This document shows, one piece after another, positions 53,471-62,075 of a DNA stretch of 64,000 nt. The DNA is from Elusimicrobiota bacterium. GTDB lineage: Bacteria; Elusimicrobiota; Elusimicrobia; JACQPE01. The first letter of the stretch is position 1. Each line of letters opens with the position of its first letter. Below the pieces are notes generated by a model. It saw only the letters and a program-made list of their open reading frames with translations, searched no databases and was not told the DNA's origin. A program made the position numbers and the translations under genes. The DNA is taken from the NCBI GenBank assembly GCA_016180815.1, contig JACPAN010000013.1:54939-118938 (forward strand). Direction: 5' to 3'.

Positions 53471-54313
53471 ATGCTGAATAGAGCAATCATAAAATTCGCG
53501 GCGGCGGCGCTTATTCTGGCTGGCGGCCTGCCGGCAAAGGGCGAATCAACGGCCGTCGATCTGGGCAGTCTGCTCGCAAGCTCAGTCCGTAAAAATGAGG
53601 TTACGGGGCGATTCGAGTGGATCGGCTCCGATAAAACAATCAACGACATCAACAAACTGCTTTTTGACCCCGCCATCAGCGACGCGGATGCGGCGTACGG
53701 CGTTGAATTCCTGGCGCACCATTTAACCGATGAAGCGCTGCTCAATGAAATCACCGTTTTCAACGGCCTTATTTACTTGCGCCGGGCCGAGGCCTTCCAA
53801 TCGGGGGCTGTCCTTGCCCTGGCCGGTATCGCCAATTGTTCAAAAACCATCTCCTGCGCCAAAACGCGAACGCCGGAATCAATTGCCGCGGCGCTCAAGG
53901 CCATCCGCTCTCTTAAAATGATCTACATCCTGAATCCCCATGAAGAGGAAATAAACACGACACGCACCCTCATCAACGCGCGGACCGGGGCAGTGATTAC
54001 CGTGGATGAAAGCGACATTGAAAGGTTCCGGGTATACCCGGATGATTTTGCCGGCGGTCTCAGGGAAATAGGCGATGCGATTAATGACTGGGCTCTTGAG
54101 GCCGGGGACGCGATTTTCGGCAAGCCAACTTTTGAAAACGAAATTCGTGCGAAGATTAAAGGTGAAATGATGGGAATTTTAATCAGCGAACCCAATCCCC
54201 TGATCCGATCGGCCGCAACAGCATTTTTAAAGGACGAAGCCCCGGGCTATATCGATGCCGCCGCCAAAGTACGCCGCGATGTCGATGTCTGGGCCAAAAA
54301 ACATGGGCTATAA
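53471..54313 (+). CDS. hypothetical secreted protein
   Basis: GAGGGGG RBS before ATG 53471; signal-like MLNRAIIKFAAAALILAGG. Confidence 0.5.
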   Translation: MLNRAIIKFAAAALILAGGLPAKGESTAVDLGSLLASSVRKNEVTGRFEWIGSDKTINDINKLLFDPAISDADAAYGVEFLAHHLTDEALLNEITVFNGLIYLRRAEAFQSGAVLALAGIANCSKTISCAKTRTPESIAAALKAIRSLKMIYILNPHEEEINTTRTLINARTGAVITVDESDIERFRVYPDDFAGGLREIGDAINDWALEAGDAIFGKPTFENEIRAKIKGEMMGILISEPNPLIRSAATAFLKDEAPGYIDAAAKVRRDVDVWAKKHGL

Positions 54314-55166
54314 GACACCGTGGGGCGGATATTCCCCGCTTCGTCATTCCGGCGAAAGCCGGAATCCAGGCCCCCCAAGAGAGTCCAATAAACTGGATAC
54401 CGGCTTTCGCCGGTATGACGGAAAAAGAAAGGGTTCGGGGAATTTCTGGCCGTGGCGCAGGTTCAACATTTTGCTCATCCTGTTGGGTCTGTGCCTTGGT
54501 CTAAATGCCGCATCTCCTGATTTTGCGGAGATCGATCGCCTTTATCTTTACCGCCACTTGGGCTCAAACCTTGAAGAATCGATCAACCGGCTTCAAAGTA
54601 TGGATGCGGCATCACCCGGTAATCCGGACATTTTGTGGCGATGGGGACGCGGCCTGGTCAAACTAGGCGAACGCCAAACAAAGAAAAAAGGGAAGCTGAT
54701 ATTTTTCTCACTAGCTGAAGAAAAAATCAAACAAGCGTTGGCTTTAAAAGCCGACAACGCAGAGGCTCATTTTTGGTTCGGCGTTGTTCTGGGCCGCAAA
54801 GCCGAAACCATGGATTTTTTAAGCGCTTTGACTCTAGTGGGTCCCATGAAAAGAGAAATGATGACTGTTCTCAGCCTCAATCCCAGGCATGCAGGCGCCC
54901 ATTATTTTCTGGGACGCTTAATCCTTGAGTTGCCTGGCGGTAATAGAAAGAAAGCTCTCGAAGAACTTGAAGAGGCCGTGAAACTTGCCCCAAACTGCGC
55001 CGCGTGTTACCCGACCTTGGCCGAGGCTTATCTTGACGCCGGGGATGAGTATAAAGCCAGGCTCACGCTCCGGGCCGCCCTCGCCATCAAAAAACCCGAC
55101 GATCCGGCGGAATATGAAATTGATCTTGAAAATGCCCGTAAACTACTGGAAGACATTGGGGAATAA
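54255..55166 (+). CDS. TPR-like repeat protein; start uncertain (ORF 5' region contains a palindromic repeat pair)
   Basis: Body has helical repeat character; 5' limit is the ORF boundary and overlaps the upstream gene; true start may be the in-frame TTG near 54471 or the repeat may be translated. Confidence 0.45.
   Translation: MPPPKYAAMSMSGPKNMGYKTPWGGYSPLRHSGESRNPGPPRESNKLDTGFRRYDGKRKGSGNFWPWRRFNILLILLGLCLGLNAASPDFAEIDRLYLYRHLGSNLEESINRLQSMDAASPGNPDILWRWGRGLVKLGERQTKKKGKLIFFSLAEEKIKQALALKADNAEAHFWFGVVLGRKAETMDFLSALTLVGPMKREMMTVLSLNPRHAGAHYFLGRLILELPGGNRKKALEELEEAVKLAPNCAACYPTLAEAYLDAGDEYKARLTLRAALAIKKPDDPAEYEIDLENARKLLEDIGE
54343..54419. repeat. palindromic hairpin element, inverted pair, at the 5' end of the TPR-like gene
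   Basis: gtcattccggcgaaagccggaatccag ... ctggataccggctttcgccggtatgac. Confidence 0.8.
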
Positions 55167-55190
55167 AGCGCGGGGAGGAGCTATGGCGTT

Positions 55191-56207
55191 ATGGAAAAAT
55201 TGCTGATACCCTTTGAAAGCATGTTGGGGTCATTGTTTCTTATCGTCAGCCTGGGAGTCGCCCGGGCCGACATCTTTCGCGATCCGCCCACGGAGGCGGA
55301 TTTATACACCGACGAATATTTTAATGCTCTTGAAAAAGAGGTCGCAAGCTACCGCCTCTCGCCGCGCGCCTGCCCCGGCCCGGCTACGGAACCCGAGCGC
55401 CGGGCCATGGAAACCGAGTGGGCCGGGCTCGTTCCGGGCGTGAGTCTTCACTTACCCGCAACCACCAGCCGCGCCCAAATCGAAGGCGTCCGGCGCTTTG
55501 CGCGCGCGTATATTCTCCATGGCCTGCCCATTATGTCCGTTCGGTTCGCGGATGAGCCCTATATCGTCAAAACCTTTTCCAGCTTATCAACAAGCGCTGA
55601 CGACGATTATACCGGCGATGTGTTTTATCTGCCAAAACGGCTTTGCGACGCGAACAAGCTCGCCAAAACGCTTCGTTATTTTCAGTTGATGAGCATCAAC
55701 ACTACAACCGGCGCTCTCGGGAAAAACATCATGGCCCGTTATGGTAACCTCAAACTGACATTCCCCCGCGCCTTGATTGCTTTTGAATACAACGCCATGC
55801 CGGGGAAGGTAATCCTCAACAAAACCGACGTTATTTACTTCGCCTTAACCGGTTCTGCGGAGTCCGCAACGGGGGGAAAAGCAAAATCAGACTACCGCAG
55901 CCCAGCCTTAAGCGGGGCAAAAACGTCTACAGAGGACCGGGAACTGCTACGACATGGCCTTGATTCAATATTGGTGGATACGATGAACTTTAGTTGGGGC
56001 CGCCTTGACGGGCGCGTCCGAAACCCAGAGGCCGCGACTTTATTAACCGATGACGACTGCGCCTTTCCGGAATCTTTTTGTGAAATGTGGGCGGGTGAAG
56101 ACCGAGACTTTTGCCTGGAGAATTTTGCCGCCTTTGAGGAGAGGGTGGCGGATATCTGCAACGAAGGCTATGTCGAAACTTATGGCGGCCCGTCGCCGCA
56201 TCCTTAA
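55191..56207 (+). CDS. hypothetical secreted protein
   Basis: GGAGGAG RBS 10 nt upstream of ATG 55191; hydrophobic N-terminus. Confidence 0.55.
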   Translation: MEKLLIPFESMLGSLFLIVSLGVARADIFRDPPTEADLYTDEYFNALEKEVASYRLSPRACPGPATEPERRAMETEWAGLVPGVSLHLPATTSRAQIEGVRRFARAYILHGLPIMSVRFADEPYIVKTFSSLSTSADDDYTGDVFYLPKRLCDANKLAKTLRYFQLMSINTTTGALGKNIMARYGNLKLTFPRALIAFEYNAMPGKVILNKTDVIYFALTGSAESATGGKAKSDYRSPALSGAKTSTEDRELLRHGLDSILVDTMNFSWGRLDGRVRNPEAATLLTDDDCAFPESFCEMWAGEDRDFCLENFAAFEERVADICNEGYVETYGGPSPHP

Positions 56208-56213
56208 AAAATC

Positions 56214-57071
56214 ATGATCACTCCTTTTTCCGCCATGTTCGTTAAACTCAGGAAGGACGCTGGTTTTGAAAGCCCGTATGATTTCTACCATAAAAATGGC
56301 GGAGCCAAGGTGCTTCAACTATCCTTTGTGGGCTACCTTAAAATCGAAAAGGGGGAAATTTTGCCTCAGGCCAAACGGCTTTCTCTTTTGATTCATCTGC
56401 TCAGAATCAAGCCGGGCACGGAACAGGTGCGAGGGCTTCTGGCCGCTTACATAAAAACCATGGTCGGTGATCATGAAGTTTTTGATTCTCTTTTTCAGCC
56501 GATGATGGAAGGCAGGCGGCTGGAGGGTTCCCTCTCCGCTCTTTCCATTAAAGCCGCCAAGGTGCTCTCCAAAGAGCGGGTGCAGCATTTGACTCCGGAC
56601 CAGTTTCATGGCGTTATCCAAGACCCGGCCGGCTACTGGTGTCTGGAAGTGTTGACCAATGACGAGGGGCCATGGACGATTGAGACTTTGGCCAAACTGC
56701 TTAAAATGAGCAAAAGCGAAATCAACGCGGCCATGAACAATCTTAAAAAACACAAACTCGCCAAAGAAAAAAAGAAAGGGGAATGGATCAGCGCTTTCGG
56801 CTGCCGTCATTTTACGGCTCCGGCCTCCCTCACTTATGGCGAAGCGGAACGCGAATGCCTGAAAAAATGCTGGGAAACAGCGCGAAAAAACGGGATCAAT
56901 CTGATGAACCGGGCCATCGCCATCCGCGCCAGCGAAGCGGATATCCGCAACTATTTGGAACATATCCGGGAGGCGCTGGACACGGCTGCGGTTTACGCCA
57001 GCTTCGACCGCACCCCTGATTCCCAAATGTTTTTAATCCACACCCAGGCGCATAAGCTTTTTCCGCTTTAG
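56214..57071 (+). CDS. hypothetical protein, possible N-terminal HTH regulator
   Basis: Protein-like composition versus junk-like antisense ORF 56319..57026; N-terminal segment weakly XRE-HTH-like. Confidence 0.5.
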   Translation: MITPFSAMFVKLRKDAGFESPYDFYHKNGGAKVLQLSFVGYLKIEKGEILPQAKRLSLLIHLLRIKPGTEQVRGLLAAYIKTMVGDHEVFDSLFQPMMEGRRLEGSLSALSIKAAKVLSKERVQHLTPDQFHGVIQDPAGYWCLEVLTNDEGPWTIETLAKLLKMSKSEINAAMNNLKKHKLAKEKKKGEWISAFGCRHFTAPASLTYGEAERECLKKCWETARKNGINLMNRAIAIRASEADIRNYLEHIREALDTAAVYASFDRTPDSQMFLIHTQAHKLFPL

Positions 57072-58072
57072 GGATACCCCGGCGGGCAAGAACGGGCAAA
57101 ACGAAGGGATTGGCGGAAATCGCTCATGGGGCTGGCGCCGCCTTCCATTTCATAAAGCGCTCTTTTTAAGTAATGCCGGGCTCGTTGGCAATTATCAGCA
57201 TCCCCGGGCAAGGGGCGGGAAGCATAAATAAAAGAACCGCGATTGCACTCAACAACGCCGTCTTCATCCGTGCAATAAAGCGCCGACCATTCGATAAAGG
57301 ACTCCCATGATCCCGATATCAACCAATCTATTTTTTGACAGGAGCCTTCTTTGATGATGCTCGCCAATCTGCTCAGGCCTAAATCCATGGAACCGCAATT
57401 TAAGCCTCCCGTCAACCCGGCCTGCCTGGCAAAATGAAAACCCAAAACCGTGGCCATGGCTTCCTCGGTGCTGGTATAGGTATTTTCTCCCAAAATTCGA
57501 TGAACATAGGCATGAAAATATTCATGAGTCAAAGTTTCCGCAGCCAATTGCCGGGCCATGATTTGTTCCTCTCCCATACGCAAGGTGCAAGACCAAAGCG
57601 CATTCATCAAAATATCCCCTTCCGAAGGCCGGAAACGGCCCATGGGAACAGGACCGTTAAAATCATGGATTCGGACGGAAATGGGACCTACGGCAGCTTT
57701 CATGCTCCGAAAGTCGGCGCTGCGTCCGGAAATGCGTTCGGCCAGCCCCCGAATGGTTTCCTGAGCAGCTTCCATGCGATAGGGGCAAGGCCGTTGGGTT
57801 GCCAAGATATGTTCTAGAACAAGACAATTCATTGATTCGACGTCATCAGCGGATACTCCCGGCAAAAGATCTCTTAAGGCGGATTCCTCAGGTAAATCTG
57901 CGCTTGAAACCAAAACTGACGATTCCTCCAAAAAACCTTCGGCCCGGCAGGCATCAATTCTGCCGCCAACGGCATCAGCCAGCTCGCCGGCATGAATTCC
58001 TGCCGTCAGCATCAGGAGAAAAACCGTTCCGACCATCCCTATAAATGTACCAGAGGAAAGGAGGGCCGGCAA
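57068..58072 (-). CDS. hypothetical secreted protein with HExxH motif
   Basis: Signal-like N-terminus MPALLSSGTFIGMVGTVFLLMLTAGIHA; LTHEYFHAYVHR motif. Confidence 0.55.
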   Translation of the reverse strand: MPALLSSGTFIGMVGTVFLLMLTAGIHAGELADAVGGRIDACRAEGFLEESSVLVSSADLPEESALRDLLPGVSADDVESMNCLVLEHILATQRPCPYRMEAAQETIRGLAERISGRSADFRSMKAAVGPISVRIHDFNGPVPMGRFRPSEGDILMNALWSCTLRMGEEQIMARQLAAETLTHEYFHAYVHRILGENTYTSTEEAMATVLGFHFARQAGLTGGLNCGSMDLGLSRLASIIKEGSCQKIDWLISGSWESFIEWSALYCTDEDGVVECNRGSFIYASRPLPGDADNCQRARHYLKRALYEMEGGASPMSDFRQSLRFARSCPPGYP

Positions 58073-58091
58073 TGGGACCGGCTGCTGGAGC

Positions 58092-59282
58092 TTAGATGTT
58101 AAGGCGTTTTTTAATCTTGAGAAAAGCGTTAAGAGCGGTTTCGATGTGGGCTTGGGTATGCTCGCTGGTCATAATGGTGCGCACGCGCTCTTTGCCCTTG
58201 GCCACGGTGGGATAAGTAATGGAAAGGGCAAAAACTCCCTCGTCAAATAAGCCCTGCTCTAATTTTCGGGCCTTCTCAGTGTCTCCGGCCATAACAGGGG
58301 TGATGGGAGTTTCGGACTGCCCTGTGTCAAAGCCCATTTTTTTAAGCTCTTCTTTAAAAAAACGGGTGTTTTTCCAAAGCCGTTTGATACGTTCGGTATC
58401 GGTCTCAAGCACGTCTAAAGCCGCCAGACAAGTGGCGGTCACTGATGGAGGGTGGGAACTCGAAAATAAGAACGGTCTGGCTTTATGAAACAGAAAATCC
58501 TGCATTTCTTTAGTGCTCGCCACATAGCCGCCGATGGCCGCGATGGCCTTGGATAAGGTGCCGATTTGAATGGGGATTTGATCGGTCAAGCCGAAATGAG
58601 ACGGCGTTCCCCGGCCATTGGGACCCATGACGCCGGAAGCGTGCGCGTCATCCACCATGACAAGAGCATCGAAGCGTTCGGCGACGGCGGCAATCTCCGG
58701 CAAGGGCGCGACGTCGCCGTCCATGGAGAAAACCCCGTCCGTGACAATCATGCGCCGCCGCGTGCCCGGCGCATTTTTTTCAAGAATCCCGGCCAACGCC
58801 TTGACGTCGCGGTGGGGGTAAATAAAACGCTTGGCCTTCGACAGCCGTCCGCCGTCGATGATCGAAGCGTGGTTCAATTCATCGGAAACCAACAGGTCTC
58901 TTTCATCGGACATCACGCTTTGAACAACGGCGACATTGGTGGCGAATCCGGACTGAAGAACCACGGCGGATTCCGTGCCTTTAAATTTGGCCAACCGCTC
59001 TTCCAATTGAACGTGAATGGTTTGAGTGCCGATAATGCTGCGCACCGCCGCCGTCCCCACGCCGAAATCATCGATCGCTTTTTTCGCCGCTTGAATGAGC
59101 TTTGGATGAGTCGTCAATCCCAAATAATTATTGGAACTCAGGTTGACGACTTTTTTACCATCGATGACCGAAACGGGCTCTTGGGGAGTTCCCAAAATGC
59201 GCAAACGGCGGTGTAATCCGTTTTTCTTCAAATCGCCGAGCTCATCTTGGAGGAAGCCCAGCGCTGGATGCGCTTTAAGCAT
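58092..59282 (-). CDS. kbl: glycine C-acetyltransferase (2-amino-3-ketobutyrate CoA ligase)
   Basis: Full-length class-II aminotransferase-like PLP enzyme (VVNLSSNNYLGL, SDELNHASIIDG, lysine-containing GTLSKA), directly downstream of a threonine dehydrogenase gene. Confidence 0.85.
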   Translation of the reverse strand: MLKAHPALGFLQDELGDLKKNGLHRRLRILGTPQEPVSVIDGKKVVNLSSNNYLGLTTHPKLIQAAKKAIDDFGVGTAAVRSIIGTQTIHVQLEERLAKFKGTESAVVLQSGFATNVAVVQSVMSDERDLLVSDELNHASIIDGGRLSKAKRFIYPHRDVKALAGILEKNAPGTRRRMIVTDGVFSMDGDVAPLPEIAAVAERFDALVMVDDAHASGVMGPNGRGTPSHFGLTDQIPIQIGTLSKAIAAIGGYVASTKEMQDFLFHKARPFLFSSSHPPSVTATCLAALDVLETDTERIKRLWKNTRFFKEELKKMGFDTGQSETPITPVMAGDTEKARKLEQGLFDEGVFALSITYPTVAKGKERVRTIMTSEHTQAHIETALNAFLKIKKRLNI

Positions 59283-59321
59283 AAGCTAATGTAGTACGTC
59301 CAACACTTCTTTGCTTTTGGC

Positions 59322-59378
59322 GTCATTCCCGCGAAGGCGGGAATCCAGGCCTGGACCCCGGCTTTCGCCGGGGTGACG
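59322..59378. repeat. palindromic hairpin element, inverted pair, between tdh and kbl
   Basis: gtcattcccgcgaaggcgggaatccag then ctggaccccggctttcgccggggtgacg. Confidence 0.8.
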
Positions 59379-59406
59379 AATGCAAAGGGATTTATGACGC
59401 ACTACA

Positions 59407-60375
59407 CTAATTCAATGCGAAAATGATTTTGCCGCAATCTCTTTGCGGCCCGGAAAACAGTTCGAACGCCTGCTGCGCCTCTTTGAGAGGGAATGAATGG
59501 CTGACCACGCTTTCCAAATTGACTTTACGCTCGCTGATCAGCCGATCGAGCTCGTCCTCACCCAAATCAATGCCCATTTTGCCGGCCGTGATGCCGAATA
59601 GGGATAAGCGGCCTCCGTTTCTTAAAACCTGAAAAGCCAAGGCGACCAATTGATCAGCGCCGGACATCTCAAGGCAAACGTCGAAACCTTCCTTGGTTTT
59701 TTTGAGCCCAAGAAGCTTTTCTTTAAGATCGCCGTCGCCTTCATGCCCGAACACATGATCAGCGCCCAGCGTTTTGGCCAGCTTGGCGCGAAACGGGCTT
59801 TTTTCAACGGCCACGACCAAAGAAGCGCCCATGGCTTTGGCGATTTGCACGGCGTAAAGCCCCTGAGGGCCGCAGCCCATCACCAGCACCGTTTTTCCGG
59901 TCACCGGCTCAACGCAAGTGGCATAGAGCGCGTTGCCCATCGGCTCCATCAAACTCGCATAGTCATAAGGAATATGGGAGCCTAATTTCCATAAGACGCG
60001 CTCCGGCACCGTGATATATTCGGCGAATCCGCCGTTAGCGTCCACGCCGATCAACGACATTTTCCGGCAAAGATGTCGGTCCCCGGCCAGACAGGAAGCG
60101 CAGGCTTCGCAAAAAATATGAGATTCGACGGCCACGCGATCGCCGGGGCGGATGTTTTTGACGTCGGGCCCGCACTCGGCGATTTCGCCGCAGATTTCAT
60201 GGCCGAAAATCATGGGAGGATGGATTCGATGGGGCGCCCAAGATGTCCAGTTGAAAATCGGCAAATCGCTGCCGCAAATCGACGCCCGGTGCACCTTGAT
60301 CAACGTTTCACCTTTGCCGGGGCGAACGACCGGAACGTCGGCCAATTGGGCGCCGCGGCTGCGGCTTGTTTTCAT
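59407..60375 (-). CDS. tdh: L-threonine 3-dehydrogenase (zinc-dependent MDR family)
   Basis: ICGSDLPIFNW, GHEICGEI and the CxxC structural-zinc region match Tdh; start placed at MKTSRS by alignment to typical Tdh N-termini. Confidence 0.85.
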   Translation of the reverse strand: MKTSRSRGAQLADVPVVRPGKGETLIKVHRASICGSDLPIFNWTSWAPHRIHPPMIFGHEICGEIAECGPDVKNIRPGDRVAVESHIFCEACASCLAGDRHLCRKMSLIGVDANGGFAEYITVPERVLWKLGSHIPYDYASLMEPMGNALYATCVEPVTGKTVLVMGCGPQGLYAVQIAKAMGASLVVAVEKSPFRAKLAKTLGADHVFGHEGDGDLKEKLLGLKKTKEGFDVCLEMSGADQLVALAFQVLRNGGRLSLFGITAGKMGIDLGEDELDRLISERKVNLESVVSHSFPLKEAQQAFELFSGPQRDCGKIIFALN

Positions 60376-60399
60376 CAAGGCGAGCACGGATACACCATA

Positions 60400-61245
60400 T
60401 TAATTCTTGAAGAAATTTTTAGCCACAAATAAAAAATTTTCTTTTCGCTCCCTGATGCGACGGTAAAAATACCGGAACCATTCATTGCCATAGGGCAGGT
60501 AAAGCCGGACCCGGTATCCGCTTTTGACCAATTCCATGGCCAGCTTGGTGCGGATGCCCAGAAGCATCTGAAATTCGAAATCCTTGGGCGTTTTGCCGTA
60601 TTTACGGGCGAACGCGATGGCGTTTCTAATGCGCAATTCATCGTGGGTGGCGACGGCCGGGGACTGGCCGTCCTTTAACAGCATTTCGCAGCAATGATCG
60701 TAATTGGCGTCGACGTCGTTTTTGGCGGCGAAGGCGATGGCCGGAGATTCTTTATAAGCCCCTTTGCATAAACGCACGCGCGCCTTGGAAACGACCAAAT
60801 CCCCGATATCGTCCGCCGACCTGTACAAATACGCCTGGATGACGATGCCCACATGATCGCCGTATTCCTTCCGAAGCGTTTCAAAAATATCCAGCGTTCG
60901 CTCGGTGTAAGGGGAGCCCTCCATATCGATGCGCACAAAATTGCCGTGTTGTTTGGCCAATGCAAGGAGCATGCGCATATTTTTTAGGGCAAGTTCATCG
61001 CTGATATCGAGGCCGAGATGGGTCAGCTTGACGGAAATCGTGCAGGCGCGTTCGCCGTCGTTGCCGATCTCTTCCAGAAGCTCCGAATATTCCCGGGCAA
61101 CGCCTGCGGCGGCATCGGGCTCTTTCGTGTGTTCGCCCAAAAAATCCAACGTCGTCGAGAGTCCGAGCTTCTGAATCTCCCGGACTCGGGCCAACGCTTC
61201 ACGCTTGGTCTCGCCGGCCACGAAACGATTGGCTAGAAAAAGCAT
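60400..61245 (-). CDS. proline dehydrogenase (monofunctional PutA-like)
   Basis: RLCKGAYKE and C-terminal LYLPYGNEWFRYFYRRIRERKEN are typical proline dehydrogenase motifs; start at internal ATG (MLFLANRF). Confidence 0.75.
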   Translation of the reverse strand: MLFLANRFVAGETKREALARVREIQKLGLSTTLDFLGEHTKEPDAAAGVAREYSELLEEIGNDGERACTISVKLTHLGLDISDELALKNMRMLLALAKQHGNFVRIDMEGSPYTERTLDIFETLRKEYGDHVGIVIQAYLYRSADDIGDLVVSKARVRLCKGAYKESPAIAFAAKNDVDANYDHCCEMLLKDGQSPAVATHDELRIRNAIAFARKYGKTPKDFEFQMLLGIRTKLAMELVKSGYRVRLYLPYGNEWFRYFYRRIRERKENFLFVAKNFFKN

Positions 61246-61319
61246 GGATAACCATGATGATATAAAAACACAAACTCCCTCTTGACGCAAACGCCAACTG
61301 ACCTCAAACTTAAGGGGCC

Positions 61320-62057
61320 GTGAGTAAACGCTTCGTGAACGAATTCATTGGCGCCGTTTTCAAGCGCCTCAAAGAAAACCTGACGCTGGGCAACGCCGTC
61401 GCCGCCATCCTTCTTTTCTCCGCGGGCTTCGGCGTCTCATCGGCCGTTTATTTTGCCGATCAGCGGATGGCTCAACGCTGGGAAATGAACTGGCCTGATT
61501 TTTTTTCATCCAAAGACGGCCTGTCTCTTGATGTTCCGGCCATCCCGGACCTGAATATCACCGTGCCCAAGCCTGAAGAAGCCGCCTTGCCTGCGCAGAG
61601 CACATTCGGTTTGATCGCCGCGCTTGAACCGGCTAAAAATCCGCCTGCCCCGCACGCAGCGCATTCCATTGAGCCGCCGTCCTACAGAAAAAATTTTCCA
61701 TCAACGATCAAGGCCAAGGCGATCTCCGCTCAAAAAAATAATCTTCAAAAAACGCCGGCCTTGACGGCCGCCAACATATGGCCTAAAGAATACGACCGGA
61801 TATTTTTATGCCTGATCCTGATCGGATTTTTGGGAATTTTTATGGCGACGCGCCTCACCAGCGCCGATCCCTCTTGGCGGCTGATCAATTCTTTAGCAAT
61901 TAGCGCAATTTTCGGGCATTCCCTATTTTATTTGCACCAAGGGCTCTATCAGGCCAAAGGACCCGGACTCTGGATCGGATTCGTTTTGATCATGCTCAGC
62001 GCCATGGGCACGATTTACGGCTGTTATAACAGCTATCTGGAAAAAGAAAAACAGTAA
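61320..62057 (+). CDS. hypothetical membrane protein
   Basis: GTG-initiated ORF after AAGGGG; N- and C-terminal hydrophobic helices. Confidence 0.45.
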   Translation: MSKRFVNEFIGAVFKRLKENLTLGNAVAAILLFSAGFGVSSAVYFADQRMAQRWEMNWPDFFSSKDGLSLDVPAIPDLNITVPKPEEAALPAQSTFGLIAALEPAKNPPAPHAAHSIEPPSYRKNFPSTIKAKAISAQKNNLQKTPALTAANIWPKEYDRIFLCLILIGFLGIFMATRLTSADPSWRLINSLAISAIFGHSLFYLHQGLYQAKGPGLWIGFVLIMLSAMGTIYGCYNSYLEKEKQ

Positions 62058-62075
62058 TGCCAGAATGACTGGCTC

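Noticed and set aside
56319-57026. 235-aa minus-strand ORF
   Set aside because: Lies entirely antisense to the more protein-like + strand ORF 56214..57071; composition is Gly/Arg/Phe-rich and junk-like, typical of antisense frames in GC-rich DNA.
23796-59378. Possible CRISPR array formed by the recurring palindromic repeats
   Set aside because: The copies are irregularly spaced (tens of bp to many kb apart), occur as inverted rather than direct repeats, are mostly inside a coding sequence, and no cas genes are present.
58566-60432. Plus-strand ORFs (58566..59216, 59650..59985, 60073..60432)
   Set aside because: All are antisense to the well-supported kbl and tdh genes.
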